Source: an uncultured Planctomycetota bacterium (GTDB taxonomy: Bacteria > Planctomycetota > Planctomycetia > Isosphaerales > Isosphaeraceae). From it: DNA of 64,000 nt. Position 1 is the stretch's first letter. Each line of letters starts with the position of its first letter. The stretch covers positions 1,312,001 to 1,376,000 of the forward strand of contig CAWJTV010000011.1 in NCBI GenBank assembly GCA_963845755.1. Reading direction: 5' to 3'. A program made the translations under genes and the position numbers. The notes below the pieces were generated by a model. That model saw only the letters and a list, made by a program, of their open reading frames with translations, was not told the DNA's origin and did not search any database. Positions 20,844 to 33,191 of this stretch are shown here, piece after piece.

Positions 20844-23053
20844 CTACTCTCGTCCCTGGCCACGGACGATCCGCCGGGTCAGGTAGACCTCGACGCACAA
20901 GAACCCCAACGCGGCGAGGACCAGGAGCCGCCAGACTTCGTGCTTGCCGCCGGGCTCGGCGGCCGAGAGGCGTGCGGCCAGGCGGTCGGCGTCGGTCTCA
21001 AAGGCGAGGTGCCAACCCTGGGCCAGCCCGGCGGCCTCGGCCGGCTCGAGCGGACGCAGGTCGGATTCGCGGCCGTCGCCGGTGACCACGGCATAGGCCA
21101 GGGCACCGGGTGGGTCGGGGAGCGCGAGACGATACACGCCGGCTTGACCCGTGTCGTCGAATCGTGCGTGGGTCGTGCTGCCACTTCGTACCACCGTGGC
21201 CCGGGCCGGGCTGCCGTCGGGCAATTCGAGTGCCAAGGCGTTGACGCCGGGCGGCGGGGGCGGGTCGAGGGGGAAAAATAGGGGCTCGCCCGCCCGGATG
21301 ATCGGCGACCGACCGCCGCTGCCGGCGAGGTGGACGATCCACTCGTGGGTCATAGGGACGTAGTCGGGATTGGCCGGCAACGTGCCGGCCTCGGCATCGA
21401 TCGGCGTGGCCAGCGCCAGGACGCGGCCGCGATGCCAGGGGCGCTCGACCAGCCAGGGATCGCCGGTGTCGAGTCGCGCCGAGACCGAGGCACCCGGCCG
21501 GGGAGCCAGCACCCGGTAGGCGAAGAAATCGGCCTCGGCGAGCGGGGGCTCGTCCCCCTGGCCGAAGGGCGCCATAAGTGGACCGGTGAACGTCCGCGGC
21601 GCGGGGTGCGCGATGGTCGCGCGACGAGTCGCATCCCCCTTCCGCTCGCCGAGCCGGGCGGGCATCCAGCCGATCGCGCCGAGGGATGGGGCGTCGGTCC
21701 GGTCTCCAGGCGCGACCAGCAGGCCGCCGCCGGCTTCGACGAATGCGCTGAGGGCGGCGATCTGAGCGGACGTCAGCCGTTCGACATTGGCCAGCACGAC
21801 GACGCGCTGACTTCTCAGCGCGTCGGGCACGAGCCGAGCGGGTGCGATCACGCGGGCGCGGACCTGCGGGGCGTCGTCGCCGGTCGGGGCCAGCGCGGCG
21901 CGGAGGAAGTCGGTCTCGCCGCTGAAGGGCTCGGTGGCCGGCTCGCCGTCGACCAGCAGGACGGGGACCGCCGGCGTGACCTCGATCGGGATGTCCGACT
22001 CGTCGTCGCCGGGGAGCGCATCGACGCCGTCGAGCCGGACGGTCACGAGGTGCGAGCCCGGCGCCGTGAGCGACGTCTGGAACGCGAGCGGCGCGCGGCC
22101 GCCCGCCGGGATCGGCCCGACGACCTGGCCCGAGCCGGCGACCGGCCGGCCGTCGAGGAAGAGCTCGGCGGTGCGCACCAAGGGGCCGGGACCGGCGTTC
22201 TCGACGGTCGTCGTCACCGTCAGCGGCAGGCCCGGAGTCACCAGGGTGCGCGTGACGCTCAGCGGACCGACCGAGCCATTGGGCATGTCGGCCGTCTCGC
22301 CGTTACCAAGGGCAATCGACCAGATCGACGGCGGGAAAGCCAGCCTGCGGCGGATGTCGCGGACCATCGCCCAGCGGTTGGCCTCGCCCGGCCGCCAGGC
22401 GAAGCGCTGGCCATCGGTCAGGACGATGATGGCTCGCCCCGGGTTCTGGGTCTTTTCCAGGATGCGGAACGCCTCGACGAGCGCGGCGGGGATGTCGCTC
22501 GACCCTGCGCGAGCTTGATCCCGGCCAGGGCCTCGTCGAGCTTGGCCGGGTCATAGCGGGGCGGGTTGACCAGCGGGTGGACGCGCTCTCCGGCGACGAG
22601 GATCGCCATCGTATCGCCGGGCCGCGACTGGCGGACGAACCGCCGCGCCCAGGCGACGACCCGGGCGCGCGGGCTCGTGCCGGACTGGAGCCGTCGATCC
22701 ATGCTGGCCGAGCCGTCGATCACGAGCACGACGTCGCGCGGCGGTGCGTCGCGGCCGAGTCCCGATCCCGGACCTGTGGTCGATTCCTCGCCCGATGCCG
22801 CCGAGGCCCCGGGCGCCCAGAACGGCCGGGCCAGTGCCAGCGCGACCAAGGCGAGCAGGCCCATCCGCGCTAGCATCAGGAGCAGTTCGGTCACGCGGAG
22901 CCGCCGCCGCGACTGGCGGCCGAGGTCGAGGAACTGCATCGCGCCCCAGTCGATCACCGTATCCCGGCGGCGATTGAGCAGATGGATGATCACCGGGAGC
23001 GCGGCACCGCTGAGGCCCAGCAGCATCGCGGCATTGAGGACACCCCAGCCCAC
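20844..23053 (-). CDS. BatA N-terminal double-TM / vWA domain protein; frameshift near 22510
   Basis: LPVIIHLLNRRR..IDWGAMQFL..LLLMLARM..LARP (BatA), VLVIDGSASM, IVLTDGQ, C-term EVWRLLVLAALGFLCVE. Confidence 0.85.
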
Positions 23054-23057
23054 GGCG

Positions 23058-23955
23058 TCAGCCTCCCCGCCGCGACCGCGACGACAGGTAGTCCAGCAGC
23101 GTCTTCTCAACCGGTTCGGCCGTCGACGCCCGCTGATAATCGGCGTTCATGGCGTGGACGCGCTCCTGGAGCGTCCGGCAGAATGTGTTGAATCGTTCCA
23201 GGTACGCCGCGCAGGGCCAGTGGATCCACGCGGAGGTCGTGATCGGTGCGCTCCAGATTGCGGAACCGCGCGGGGTTCCGAAACGGGAACTCTTCCTCCT
23301 CGGGGGCGAGCGTGTGGAAGAACAAGACCTCGTGGTGGCGATGCCGCAGATGACGCAGCGCCGCGGTCAGGTCGTCGATGGCGTCGAACCCGTCGGAGAG
23401 GATCACGACGAGCCCGCGACGGCGGATCCGATCGGCCAGGGCATGCAGGATGCCGCTCAGGCGGGTCTCGCCCCCGGTTTGTGTGCGTTCCAGGGTGTTG
23501 CACAGGATCGCGAAATGTCCGGGCGCCGATCGCGGCGGGATCATGGCGCGGACGGCACTATCGAAAGTCACCAGGCCCACCGCGTCGCGCTGGCTGATCA
23601 TCAGGTAGGCCAGCGATGCCGCCAATCGCCGCGCGTGCTCGAATTTCGAAACCGTCCGACCGGCGTAGGCCATGCTCCCGGATGAGTTGACGACCAGATA
23701 GGCGCGCAGGTTCGTCTCTTCTTCATATTCCTTGACGTAGTAACGATCGGTCTTTCCGAAGGCTCGCCAGTCGATGTGCCGGATCTCGTCGCCCGGCCCG
23801 TACTCGCGGTGCTCGGCGAACTCGACCGAGAAGCCCTTGAAGGGGCTCTTGTGCAGGCCCGACATTACCCCTTCGACCACCAGGTGCGCGATCAGCTCCA
23901 GCCGGCCGAACCGGCTCAGGATGGTGGGGTCGAGGCTTGGTTGGTCATTGATCAT
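23058..23955 (-). CDS. DUF58 domain protein; frameshift near 23215
   Basis: GLHKSPFKGFSVEFAEHREYGPGDEIRHIDW, YVKEYEEETN. Confidence 0.92.
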
Positions 23956-23992
23956 TAGTTATTGGTCAATATATGGAACGCACCGATTATCT

Positions 23993-24186
23993 TTCGCCCT
24001 GAAGGGGCCTGACAGATCAGCCCAGGGCAACGCCCTGGGTTATAGTCGCACGTTGATATATAAGCCCTGAAAGGGCGAAACACCTCCCTACCCATCGTGC
24101 CGCCCTTTCAGGGCTCGAGGCACGTTTGGATTCGTCGTCCCAGGGCGTTGCCCTGGGCTGATTTGTGGCTGCCCCTTCGGGGCGAA
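23993..24186. repeat. Nested palindromic REP-like element (CGCCCTGAAGGGGC / CCCAGGGCAACGCCCTGGG family)
   Basis: Mirror arrangement of GCCCTGAAGGGGC, CAGCCCAGGGCAACGCCCTGGG and AGCCCTGAAAGGGCG with their reverse complements. Confidence 0.85.
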
Positions 24187-24199
24187 TCCAGGAGGTCTC

Positions 24200-24497
24200 A
24201 ACCTCAAATTGCAGGCAGGCGCTGAGCCGAGCCATCGTCGATTTGGAAAGACTGTCGATCACACAACGGTCCTTCGATGGAATGGCTAATATCATCCCAG
24301 TCGTCCGGTTCCATCTCCGCGAGGAGAGGATACATCGCCTCGACGTCCTCGCCGTCGGTGAGGGCCTGGATCTTTTCGAAGTGCTCGGCTCGCATCAGCA
24401 CGTAGCTGGCCTTGGTCGTGTCATCGACGAGGTAGACGGGGGCACCGTCTCGTTCGTCAATGGCCTGTCGCAGGTCGTCGGGAAGTTTCGTCGTCAT
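24200..24497 (-). pseudogene. Relic TA locus: antitoxin-like ORF plus C-terminal remnant of a MazF-like toxin
   Basis: MTTKLPDDLRQAI..DDTTKASYVLMRAEHFEKI..DDWDD; another frame reads VIDSLSKSTMARLSACLQ, resembling the final MazF helix. Confidence 0.5.
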
Positions 24498-24600
24498 GGT
24501 ATCGTCCCGTTGATCGATGAGTGAGGCCAGTATACCAGCAACGGTAGACCGAGGCCAGCACCTTCGGGCGAGCCGTGGCAGGCGGCTTGCGCCCGAGGAA

Positions 24601-25659
24601 TCAACTGGCCCGGAAGATCCGGGCGGTGGCCTGTTCGGTGGCCGCGGGGATCTCGGTCAGCAGGTGGTCGACGATCTTGTCGGGTGCGATGCCCTCGGCC
24701 TCGGCGTGGAAGGTCGTGACGATGCGGTGGCGGAGGACCGGCTTGGCGACGTGGCGTACGTCGGCGACGCCGGCATGGAGCCGGCCATTCAGTGCGGCGC
24801 GGGCCTTGGCGGCCAGGATCAAGGATTGGCCGGCGCGCGGGCCGGCGCCCCACGAGACGCACTTCCGCACCAGTTCGGTGGACTCGGGCTCATTCGGACG
24901 ACTGGCGCGGACGATGTCGCGCGCGTACTGGAACACGTGCTCGGCCACCGGCACGCGGCGGACCAGTCGCTGCAAGCCGAGGATCTGCTCGCCCGTGAGC
25001 GCGATCGCCGGCGACGGCGATTCCTCGCCGGTGGTGCGCCGGAGGATCTCCAGCTCCTCGTCGGCGCTGGGATAGGGCACCAGGACGTTCATCATGAACC
25101 GGTCGAGCTGGGCTTCGGGGAGCGGATAGGTCCCTTCCTGCTCGATCGGGTTCTGGGTCGCCAGGACGAAGAACGGGTTGGGCAGGGGATATGTCGAGCC
25201 ACCGGCGGTGACGTGCCGCTCCTGCATCGCCTCGAGCAGCGCGGCCTGGGTCTTCGGCGGCGTGCGGTTGATCTCATCGGCCAGGATCATGTTGGCGAAG
25301 ATCGGCCCGGCGATGAACGTGAACCGCCGCCGCCCGCTCTCGGGGTCGTCCTGGAGGATGTCGGTCCCGGTGATGTCCGAGGGCATCATGTCCGGCGTGA
25401 ACTGGATGCGGCGGAACGAGAGCTGCAAGATCTTTGCCAGGGTGCTGACGAGCAGCGTCTTGGCCAGTCCCGGCACGCCGACGAGTAAGACGTGGCCTCG
25501 GGCCAAGAGGCCGGTGAGCAGGTCTTCGACGACGCTCTCCTGGCCGATGATGACCTTGCCGATCTCGTCGCGCAGCCGCCGATAATCGTGGGCGAGGGCG
25601 GCGACCGCTGTGGCGTCGCCGCCTGAGGGTTCCACGTCGGATGGGGCGGCTGTTGACAT
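24601..25659 (-). CDS. moxR: MoxR family AAA+ ATPase
   Basis: GHVLLVGVPGLAKT, RIQFTPDMMPSDITG, LADEINRTPPKTQAALLEAMQE, ATQNPIEQEGTYPLPEAQLDRF. Confidence 0.96.
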   Translation of the reverse strand: MSTAAPSDVEPSGGDATAVAALAHDYRRLRDEIGKVIIGQESVVEDLLTGLLARGHVLLVGVPGLAKTLLVSTLAKILQLSFRRIQFTPDMMPSDITGTDILQDDPESGRRRFTFIAGPIFANMILADEINRTPPKTQAALLEAMQERHVTAGGSTYPLPNPFFVLATQNPIEQEGTYPLPEAQLDRFMMNVLVPYPSADEELEILRRTTGEESPSPAIALTGEQILGLQRLVRRVPVAEHVFQYARDIVRASRPNEPESTELVRKCVSWGAGPRAGQSLILAAKARAALNGRLHAGVADVRHVAKPVLRHRIVTTFHAEAEGIAPDKIVDHLLTEIPAATEQATARIFRAS

Positions 25660-25904
25660 TGCGGAGAATCCTCCTTCGGGGAAAGGCTGAAGGATGAAGA
25701 CTGAAGGATGAAGGAGTGACCCTCGGGAATACGCCGGATTTCAGGCTCACGCGCCGATGGTGTGGCTGTCAAGTGGCGAGAGATCCTCGAAGGCTCTCGA
25801 GGGAGCGTACCGAAGCGGTTTTCCCGTTCTGGCGTCGGTGGTCGCGGGGGCTGTATGATCCAGATCGATGATGACCCAATCCCTGGCCAATCGGAACAAA
25901 ATTC

Positions 25905-26362
25905 ATGGATGCCGAAAACACGTTGGAGGCACTCCTCGAAGGATACCCGGTGGTGATCTCCGTGACGGTGCAATGGGGCGATCAGGACGCCTTCGGCCAC
26001 GTGAACAACACGGTTTACTTTCGCTGGTTCGAGTCGGCCCGGATCGCGTACTTCCTGCGGATCGGGCTCCGGACCTTGCAGGCGGACGAGCGAGTCGGGT
26101 CGATCCTCGCATCGTCCTCGTGCGAGTATCGCAAGTCCATCACGTTCCCGGACACGGTCCGCGTGGGTGTCCGCGTGACCCGAATCGGCCGCACCAGCAT
26201 CGGGTTCGAGCATCGGATCGTCAGCGAAGCGCAGGGGCGCTGGCGGCCGAGGGAGCCTCGACGGTCGTGGTCATCGATTACGCCGACAATCGGCCCCGTC
26301 CCGTGCCGGAGTCCGTCCGCCAGGCGATCGGGGCGCTGGAGGGGCACGGCTTTGGCTCCTGA
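25905..26362 (+). CDS. Acyl-CoA thioesterase (4HBT/YbgC hot-dog fold); frameshift near 26240
   Basis: VQWGDQDAFGHVNNTVYFRWFESARI. Confidence 0.88.
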
Positions 26363-26407
26363 CTCCAGCCGGATCGAGTTCGAGCCACGCGTCCCAGGAA
26401 GGAATCC

Positions 26408-27091
26408 ATGCAGGATTATGACACCAGTTGCAAGTGGATGATCCTGCACCATGCCGACGCGATCCTGCGCATGGCCGGCTCCCGCCTCATGAAGTCCTGG
26501 AAGGCGATCCAGGCTGAGCCGGTGCATCCGCGGCGACTCCCCGACGGCCTGATCGAGGTCCGGTATGTCGGCCGCCCCCGGCCGGTCTACTTCGTGCTGG
26601 AGGTTTCCAGCTATCCCTACCGGCGGCTGGCCAAGCAGGCAAGCGATGTTGCCCTTCTGGTTTATCTCGAGCACGGCGTGGTGCCCGAGGTCGTGACGCT
26701 GGTCCTGTATACCCGCGGCAAACGGCCCACTCCGAGTAATCTGATCCTGCCCAGCGAGGAGGGCTTCTCGAGCATCCAGGTCTCCTGGAAGGATGACCCG
26801 GGCATGTTCCAGTTGTTGGGAGGGACCAAGGCCATGATCAAGGTCTAATCGCCGCTGCTTCGAGTAATCATCGAAGCGGCAACTCAGGAACGCGAACGGG
26901 AGGTGAAGGAAGACGCCCTCATCACATTCCTGGTCGGTCGCTTCGGGGTCAAGGCCAAGGCCGTGAAGGCCAAATTGGAAAGCGTGAGCGACAACCGGCT
27001 TCAGGCTCTCCTTGTCCTCGCCGGCACTTGCCCGGATCTCGAGACTTTCCACGAGGCGCTCGCACCGCGGAGAGGCAAGCGGGGACTCTGA
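26408..27091 (+). pseudogene. Degenerate Rpn/PD-(D/E)XK-like protein, internally deleted
   Basis: YDTSCKWMI, RRLPDGLIEV...VLEV nuclease-like core joined abruptly to a C-terminal AMIK..SPLL..LVGRFG segment, with a stop at 26846-26848. Confidence 0.55.
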
Positions 27092-27225
27092 GGATCGACT
27101 CGATTTACGGATCGTTGCGGGAGTTGGAGCCAAGCCTCAGCGGAATCGTTCCTTGTCGACCGGGATGCCCGAGCGTCGCCAGACGGCCTTCCAGGGTTCG
27201 TCGACGGGTTCGACCAGCCGTGTGA

Positions 27226-28178
27226 TCAGCCCGGCGCGGTCTTGATTGATCCGGCGATTCGTCGGAACGCCCGCATCCGGACTGACGGGCGGCAGCGCCT
27301 CGAACATCGCCACGGCGCGCGCGGGTCAACAACCGCCTTGGCCCGGATGACCATCAAGACGTACCGGACGTCCCCGCTGGGGCTGAGTGGGCGGGATGCC
27401 GTGGCCTGCGTGAGCAACAGGTCGGCCACCTGGCGGTCGTACCGGGCCAGGAAGGTCGCGTTATCGACGGGGCTGAAAACGCGGACAACGCTCTGGGGGT
27501 CCTTGTCGACTTTCGGCATCAGGGCGACCGCCTTCCAGAAGACCTCGTTCAAGCGTTCCGGCGTGACTTTTTCGACGATTGGGAGGATCGACGCGGCGGG
27601 ATTGTCGGCGACCATGAGCCGGGGGTTCACGCGCTCCGCAAGGTCGCGAGGACCGCCGAGTCCATCGATCAACAGGATCGACTCGGCCAGGGCCGAGCGC
27701 GCGGACGACTTGTCCCGGTCGGCCAGACCGAGCGCCAGGAGGGCCCAACCGCAGGGTTGCTCGCGAGGCATCTTCAGCCCGGCGATCAACCGCCGTACGC
27801 GATCTGGATCAGTCTTCGACATGGCAGAGTCCGTTTCAACGGCTCGGCCAGGGTCAGTTGGATCGGTGGGATCGGTCCTTTCCCGGTGAGCTCGGCCAGT
27901 TCCGCGGCGACCAGCCGACCGGGACGGTAGGCCCAGATGGCCCGAATGGGACCGATTCCCTGCAACCGTTGCCGGGCGAGCTCGAGACGGAAAGCTCCTT
28001 GAGCGTCGGTCGTCGTCCGTGCCAGCGTGGGGACCAATTCGTCTGCGGGCCTCCGTGCCGCGAGCACGACCTCAACACCAGACACCGGCTTTCCGGCGGG
28101 GTCAACCACGACGCCCGTGACGGTCACGGAATCCGCGGGTTGAGCCAGCAGTGCCACCGCGATCATTAACGTTCCCAT
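27226..28178 (-). pseudogene. Carboxypeptidase-regulatory-like domain protein, apparently truncated or internally deleted
   Basis: Signal-like N-terminus, GVVVDPAGKPVSGVEV..TTTDAQGAFRL, then a frame change into a helical C-terminal fragment. Confidence 0.5.
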
Positions 28179-28270
28179 GCGGGTGCCTCCTCTCGTCCAT
28201 CAGGGTCATCGAGCCTTCTGAGGTGGTCGGACATCGACGGAACTGATCAGGATTCTACACCCGCGCGAGA

Positions 28271-28425
28271 TTAGAGTCGTCCTCCGTAGGATCCCTTCGC
28301 CCTGCGCGCCTCTGAGGATTCCGAATTCCGGATTCGCGATTCCGGATTCCCGGATCATTCCCCTTCGGGAATCCGGAATCGCGAATCGGGAATCCCGATG
28401 GGGTTGCGGCCGAAGGCCGCGTTAG
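28271..28425 (-). repeat. ~150-bp CTAA-hairpin/7-mer element, single copy bounded by TTAG on both sides
   Basis: Reverse complement of 34692-34846; followed at 28455-28550 by a further degenerate GATTCAA/TTGAATC array. Confidence 0.9.
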
Positions 28426-28567
28426 GAAGTCAGTGACTACAGGTGGAAAGAATCGGATTCCAGATTCCGAATTCAAGATTCAAGAATCTTAAGTCTGTAA
28501 TCCATCGGGCTTAACATCCATTCGAAATCTTGAATCTATGGTTTTGAATCGATTCTTTCACAGCTTC

Positions 28568-29961
28568 TCAGCCTTCGGGCACGGTCCCGGTGTCGGTGTC
28601 GGCGTCCTTCGAGCTCTCGAGGGAGGTCAGTCCGGCGGCAAGAAACGGGCGAATCCGGTCGTCGAGCCAGGACTGCTTGAGGAACCATCGGACGTTCCCG
28701 GCGAGCGACGCGGGGCCGATGGTGTGCAGATCGTGCCCGCAATGCACGAGGGCCAGGAGGTTGGCCAGGGTATAGAGGAGCTGCGCGAAGATCTCGGGCA
28801 TGGTGTGGTCGGGCCGGTGGCGGAGTTGCTTCGCCATCGATTTCAGTCTCGCCAGCAGGCCGAGGAGGTCGGTCTGGGCCAGTGCCGCGGCTTCGGCCGG
28901 GCTGGGATCGATGAGAGTCAACAGGCAAATCGGTCGAACCGAACGGGACGCGGGGAAACCGCGACTCGAGGCCAGCCGCGACGGGGCCAGCGGATGCGGC
29001 CACAGGGTGCTGGAGGAGGGAATGTACTTCGTGAGTTCAGTCGGTGTCAGCATCTCGGTCAGGGGCAACTCCAACTGGAAGCCGATCAGGATGTTGAGCT
29101 CGTCCTCGTCCGGAACCATCAACGGTTCCTCGTAGACGCACGCCGGCGGAAGTCCGGGGCCCGAATCGATGACCATCGCAGTGGATCCGGTCTGGCTCTG
29201 GTCTGAAGCCAGGTGGGGCATCACCCGATAGGCCAGATGGAGAAGATTGAACTGGGACGCGTTCGAGTCGCGGAGGATCGTCATCCATTCGTGGAACCGT
29301 TCCTCGGCGCTGACTTCGTCGCGAAGGCCGCGCGGGATGACTTCCTCGACGAACCGCCGGAACGCTCGCTTGGCGGTCGTCAAAGCGCAGTTGAGGCGAT
29401 TCGCGTCGAACTCCGGGTACGCTTCCAGCAGTTCGGCGCGCGTCTTCCCACGCCGACCGCGGAACTCATCGGCCAGATAGATTTCCTCGAAGAAGACCCA
29501 GAAATGAGGTTTGCCGGTCCGCTCGCAGTGCCGCCGCAATGCCTGGAGCGCCTGGTGCAGCACGTCCAGGGCGTAGATCGCATCGGGGTCGAGCGTCGTC
29601 TCCGGTTCCGCCACGAAGGCTTGGCTCGCATCGGGGTCGAAGGGATAGGGCCGCGCGCCCCTGCGGCCCTCCGGTGGAAGTCGTGAACGTGATGTTGGAT
29701 CGACCGGTACAGGTAGGTGCGGAACCGAGCCCGCCGTCCATTCCGCGTCTCCTTTTCCTGGAAGGCGCGGAAGGTCCCGAGGAAATCCTTTTCGGCCACC
29801 TTGAGCAGGAAGGAATGGGCCAGGTCGCCGACGTCCGCCTCGGGGACTCGCATCAGTCGGAGTGCCCGAAGGATCGGATCGTAATACGCCAGGCAGAAGG
29901 CGTTCCAGGTGGCCAGGTCACCGTCCCGGGTCACGTTCTCATCGGCTACGAAGGCGTCCAT
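28568..29961 (-). CDS. Divergent ECF-like sigma factor with long soluble C-terminal extension; frameshift near 29620
   Basis: WNAFCLAYYDPI..DLAHSF..RARFRTYLY (region 2-like), ALDVLHQAL, LTTAKRAFRR (region 4-like), helical C-terminus with no clear TM segment. Confidence 0.6.
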
Positions 29962-30134
29962 CGATTGGCCTCATTGATTCGATTCACACCGGGAACGCGA
30001 CGTCCCCGGTTCAGGCTGCCACAAGGTCCGTCTCTCCAATGACGCGGGAATGGGTCGGATCTTGCGCCGGTTGGGATGGCTGCCGGGTCATCGGGTCGGG
30101 TCCGGATGCGACTCCGGCCGCCCGGGCGAGCCGG

Positions 30135-32794
30135 TCAGCGGGGATTCGCAGAAGAACGACCCTCCCCCACGCTGACGCTGAAGGGGAAATTCTCGTACGG
30201 GACCTGGATCGCCGTCACAGTATAGCGCCACTCGCCCGCGGGGGCCCCCGCGGCCTCGACGACCAGCGTGGCCTGCGCCTCCTTCTCGTACACGTCGCCG
30301 GTCGGTGCCACCAGGCTAAGCTTGAGGCGGGCACCCTGCCCGGTGACGCTGAGCGCGAACCGGAGCGGGGCGCCGCTGGGACTGACGTAGGTCCGCGTCA
30401 CCGACGGCTGTCCTGAGGAATGACTGATGAGGCTCCGCTTGGTGGGCGAGAAGCCGCCGGAGATCATCGTCTTGTCCGACAGGGCTTCCGCCTCAGCGTT
30501 CACCGCGCTAAAGACCAGGTAACGAAGCAGTGCCTCCTCTTGCCGGCTATTCTGGGCCTCGTTGTGAAATGACGTGAAGATGACGGTCCCGTGGCCCGCC
30601 GGAAACTTCACCAGTAACGGCGCCTCCACCTGGCGACCGGTCATCGTCTTGAATGGCCCCCGCATGAAGATCGTGGCCCCGTTCCCCTCGAACCGTGCGG
30701 GATCCCAGTTGTTGGTGTCGAAATTCAAGGAGACCGTCGTGCCGAGCAACTCCTGGAGCCCCGAGTCCAAAACCTGAGCGGTGACCACCTGCGCCCGGCC
30801 GCTCCCACGGCTCGCGGCTGAAAGCCGGTTTCGTACATCCCACATCTGCGTCTGAAGCTCGTGGATTTCTTTTAGGATCGTGCGTGCTCGAGACTTAGCC
30901 TGGGCCTGAATGATTTTTCGGGCTCGACTACCAAGGACCTTTCCGATGGCATCGATGTCCCAGTCGAGCGGCGAAACCCCTCCGTCGCGCAGGCCCTGGA
31001 CGATGTCCCCCGCGGAGGGTTTGGGGTTATCAGCGAACCCCGCTCCTTCGAGCGCGACCGCTACGTGGTTCAGCCGCTCCGAGAGCGAACGACTCAAGGC
31101 GATCACTCGGATGGCCTCGGGAATCGTCTCGATCGAGGACCTCGGGCTGATCCTGTCAAGCCACTTGCGCTCCGCAGCCTCTATCTCGCCCAGCATGGCT
31201 TCGGGTATCTTCACCGCGCTCGGGAACGCCGCCGCGACGACTGTGTAGCGAAAGTCAGATGCGTAAAGACTCCCGCCACGAGTCACAAAGTCGCGGACGT
31301 TCTCCGACAGTTGTTCGAAACGCTCACGCCCATACGAGCCGTACGTGACTCCCGGACGCTTGGTGTCCTTGTAGGTCGCGCCTCCCCACTCTGAGGACCA
31401 CGCGTCGCACGTCAGGAAGAGGATGTCGAACTGACTCGTCCACTTCGGATCGAGCAGGTCCTCGATGGGCAAGCTCTTGAATCGAAACCCTTGGCCCAGG
31501 CCGCGGAGGAGTCGTCCCATATCGTCGTATTTGGAGTTCGTCACAGCAATCCGCAGCGCCCGGGCCGGCCGCCGGGCGGCGAGGTCAATCTCGTGGAACC
31601 GGACCGGTCCGGTGCTTGCGACCGGCATCACACGCCGGACCGGCCCCCGGGGGTTTCCTGTCAGCTTCTTACGAGCGTCCACCAACGAGACCGCCCCGAC
31701 CGAGAGGGTGAACGGGAAATTCGGATACGGCAGGGCCTCCGGCGTCACCGTGTAGGTCCACGCCCCGGCGATCGCCTGAGGAATGTCGATCGTCACGGTG
31801 GACTCGCCCTGCTTCGTGAACCGATTACCGCCCGGTGAAATGACATCCAACCGCAGCTTGGCCCCCCGCGCCTCGAAGCCTAGCGTGAACGCCAGGTTCC
31901 CCGGTCGCGCGTGCTCATACTTCCGCGTCACCGACGGATCGCCCGGCGCGGCGCTGAGCAAACTCGATTTCTGGAGCGAAAGCCCGCCGCTGACCATCGA
32001 GCGCGACACGGTCGCTTCGAGCCCGGCCGTCACCGTCGAAAAGACCAGGTATTTTAGCAGCTTGGTCTCCAGCTCGTTGTTCTGTTTCTCGTTATGGAAG
32101 GACGTGAACAGAACGTTCCCCTTGCCGACCGGGAACTTGACGAGCAACGGCGCGTCGATCGTGACGCCCGCCGTGGTCCGGAACTTCCCTCTAAGATAGA
32201 TGGTCCCGGAATCGCCGCGGAAGGCCGCGGGCCGCCAACCGTCGAGGTCGAAGTGGAGCGGCATCTCGTCCCCGATCAGGTCGCGCAGCTCGGGCAAGAC
32301 GACCTCGGCGCGGAGGTTTTGTTTCAGGCCCTGGGCGACCGCTTCGGCGTCAACCGCGTCGGGGAACGCCGCCTTGAGTGCATCGAACCGAAGGTCGGAG
32401 GCGTAGAGTGTCCCTCCTTTGGTGACGAACTCCCGGAGCGCCTCCGAAAGGAGTCGAACACCGGCCGCTCCTGCGGAATCATGGTCCTCGGCGCAGGTGA
32501 GGAAGATCGCGTCGAATCTGCGCAAGCGGCGGGGTCGCGCAACGTCTTCTCGTCGACGACCTGGAACTGATAGCCTTTGCCCAGAGTGACGAGGAGCTTA
32601 CCCATGTCGTCGAAACTCGCCGGGGTCACCGCCAACCTCAACGGGGTCGGCTGCGGCGCCACGGTCTTCAGGGCCGTATTGTGAACCGGGTTCGTCGGGG
32701 CACTGGCCGCACCACGACGATCGACGAGATAAACGCCCAGGAGGACCACAGCCAGCAGGATGGCAAAAGCCGCATCGGTGCATATACGGGTCAT
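30135..32794 (-). CDS. Membrane-anchored protein with two tandem GATase-like + beta-sandwich modules; frameshift near 32525
   Basis: N-terminal TM; twice LRxAVT..DDMGxLL..FLTC..GGxLYASD..PLLVKFP..FTSFHNE..WxYTVT..PYxNFPF. Confidence 0.8.
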
Positions 32795-33191
32795 GTTCAC
32801 ACTTCCCACGCCTTCGGGTTCCGAGTATTCATCGCACCTAGAAGGCATTCTCCGATACACGAGACTGTGAGGCAAGAACACCGAATTCCAGGGAGTGGTC
32901 AGGACCTTCGGCGAACTGATCCGTTCACCAAGTCATCGCCGACTCTTCGAAGACGAACCAGGTCACGAGAACTTGCGCGCCTCGACGATCGAACCGCCCA
33001 CAATTCGGGGAATTCGAGATAGCTGCGTCCCGCGGGCAACGGGGTGAGGAGGGGCGTTTTGGCCGAACCGAGGGCGCCCTCTCGTCAGCCCGTTGCGAAC
33101 CGGAGTGCGCCGGTTTAGGATTGGCTGGGGCATGAGCGACCGGCGTCGCGGCGCGGTCAGCCCCGACGAGCGATCGAGGAGGTAGCACGAC

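Noticed and set aside
18003..25659. MoxR-DUF58-BatA/vWA operon as a novel system
   Set aside because: A known, widespread gene arrangement; only its interruptions are notable.
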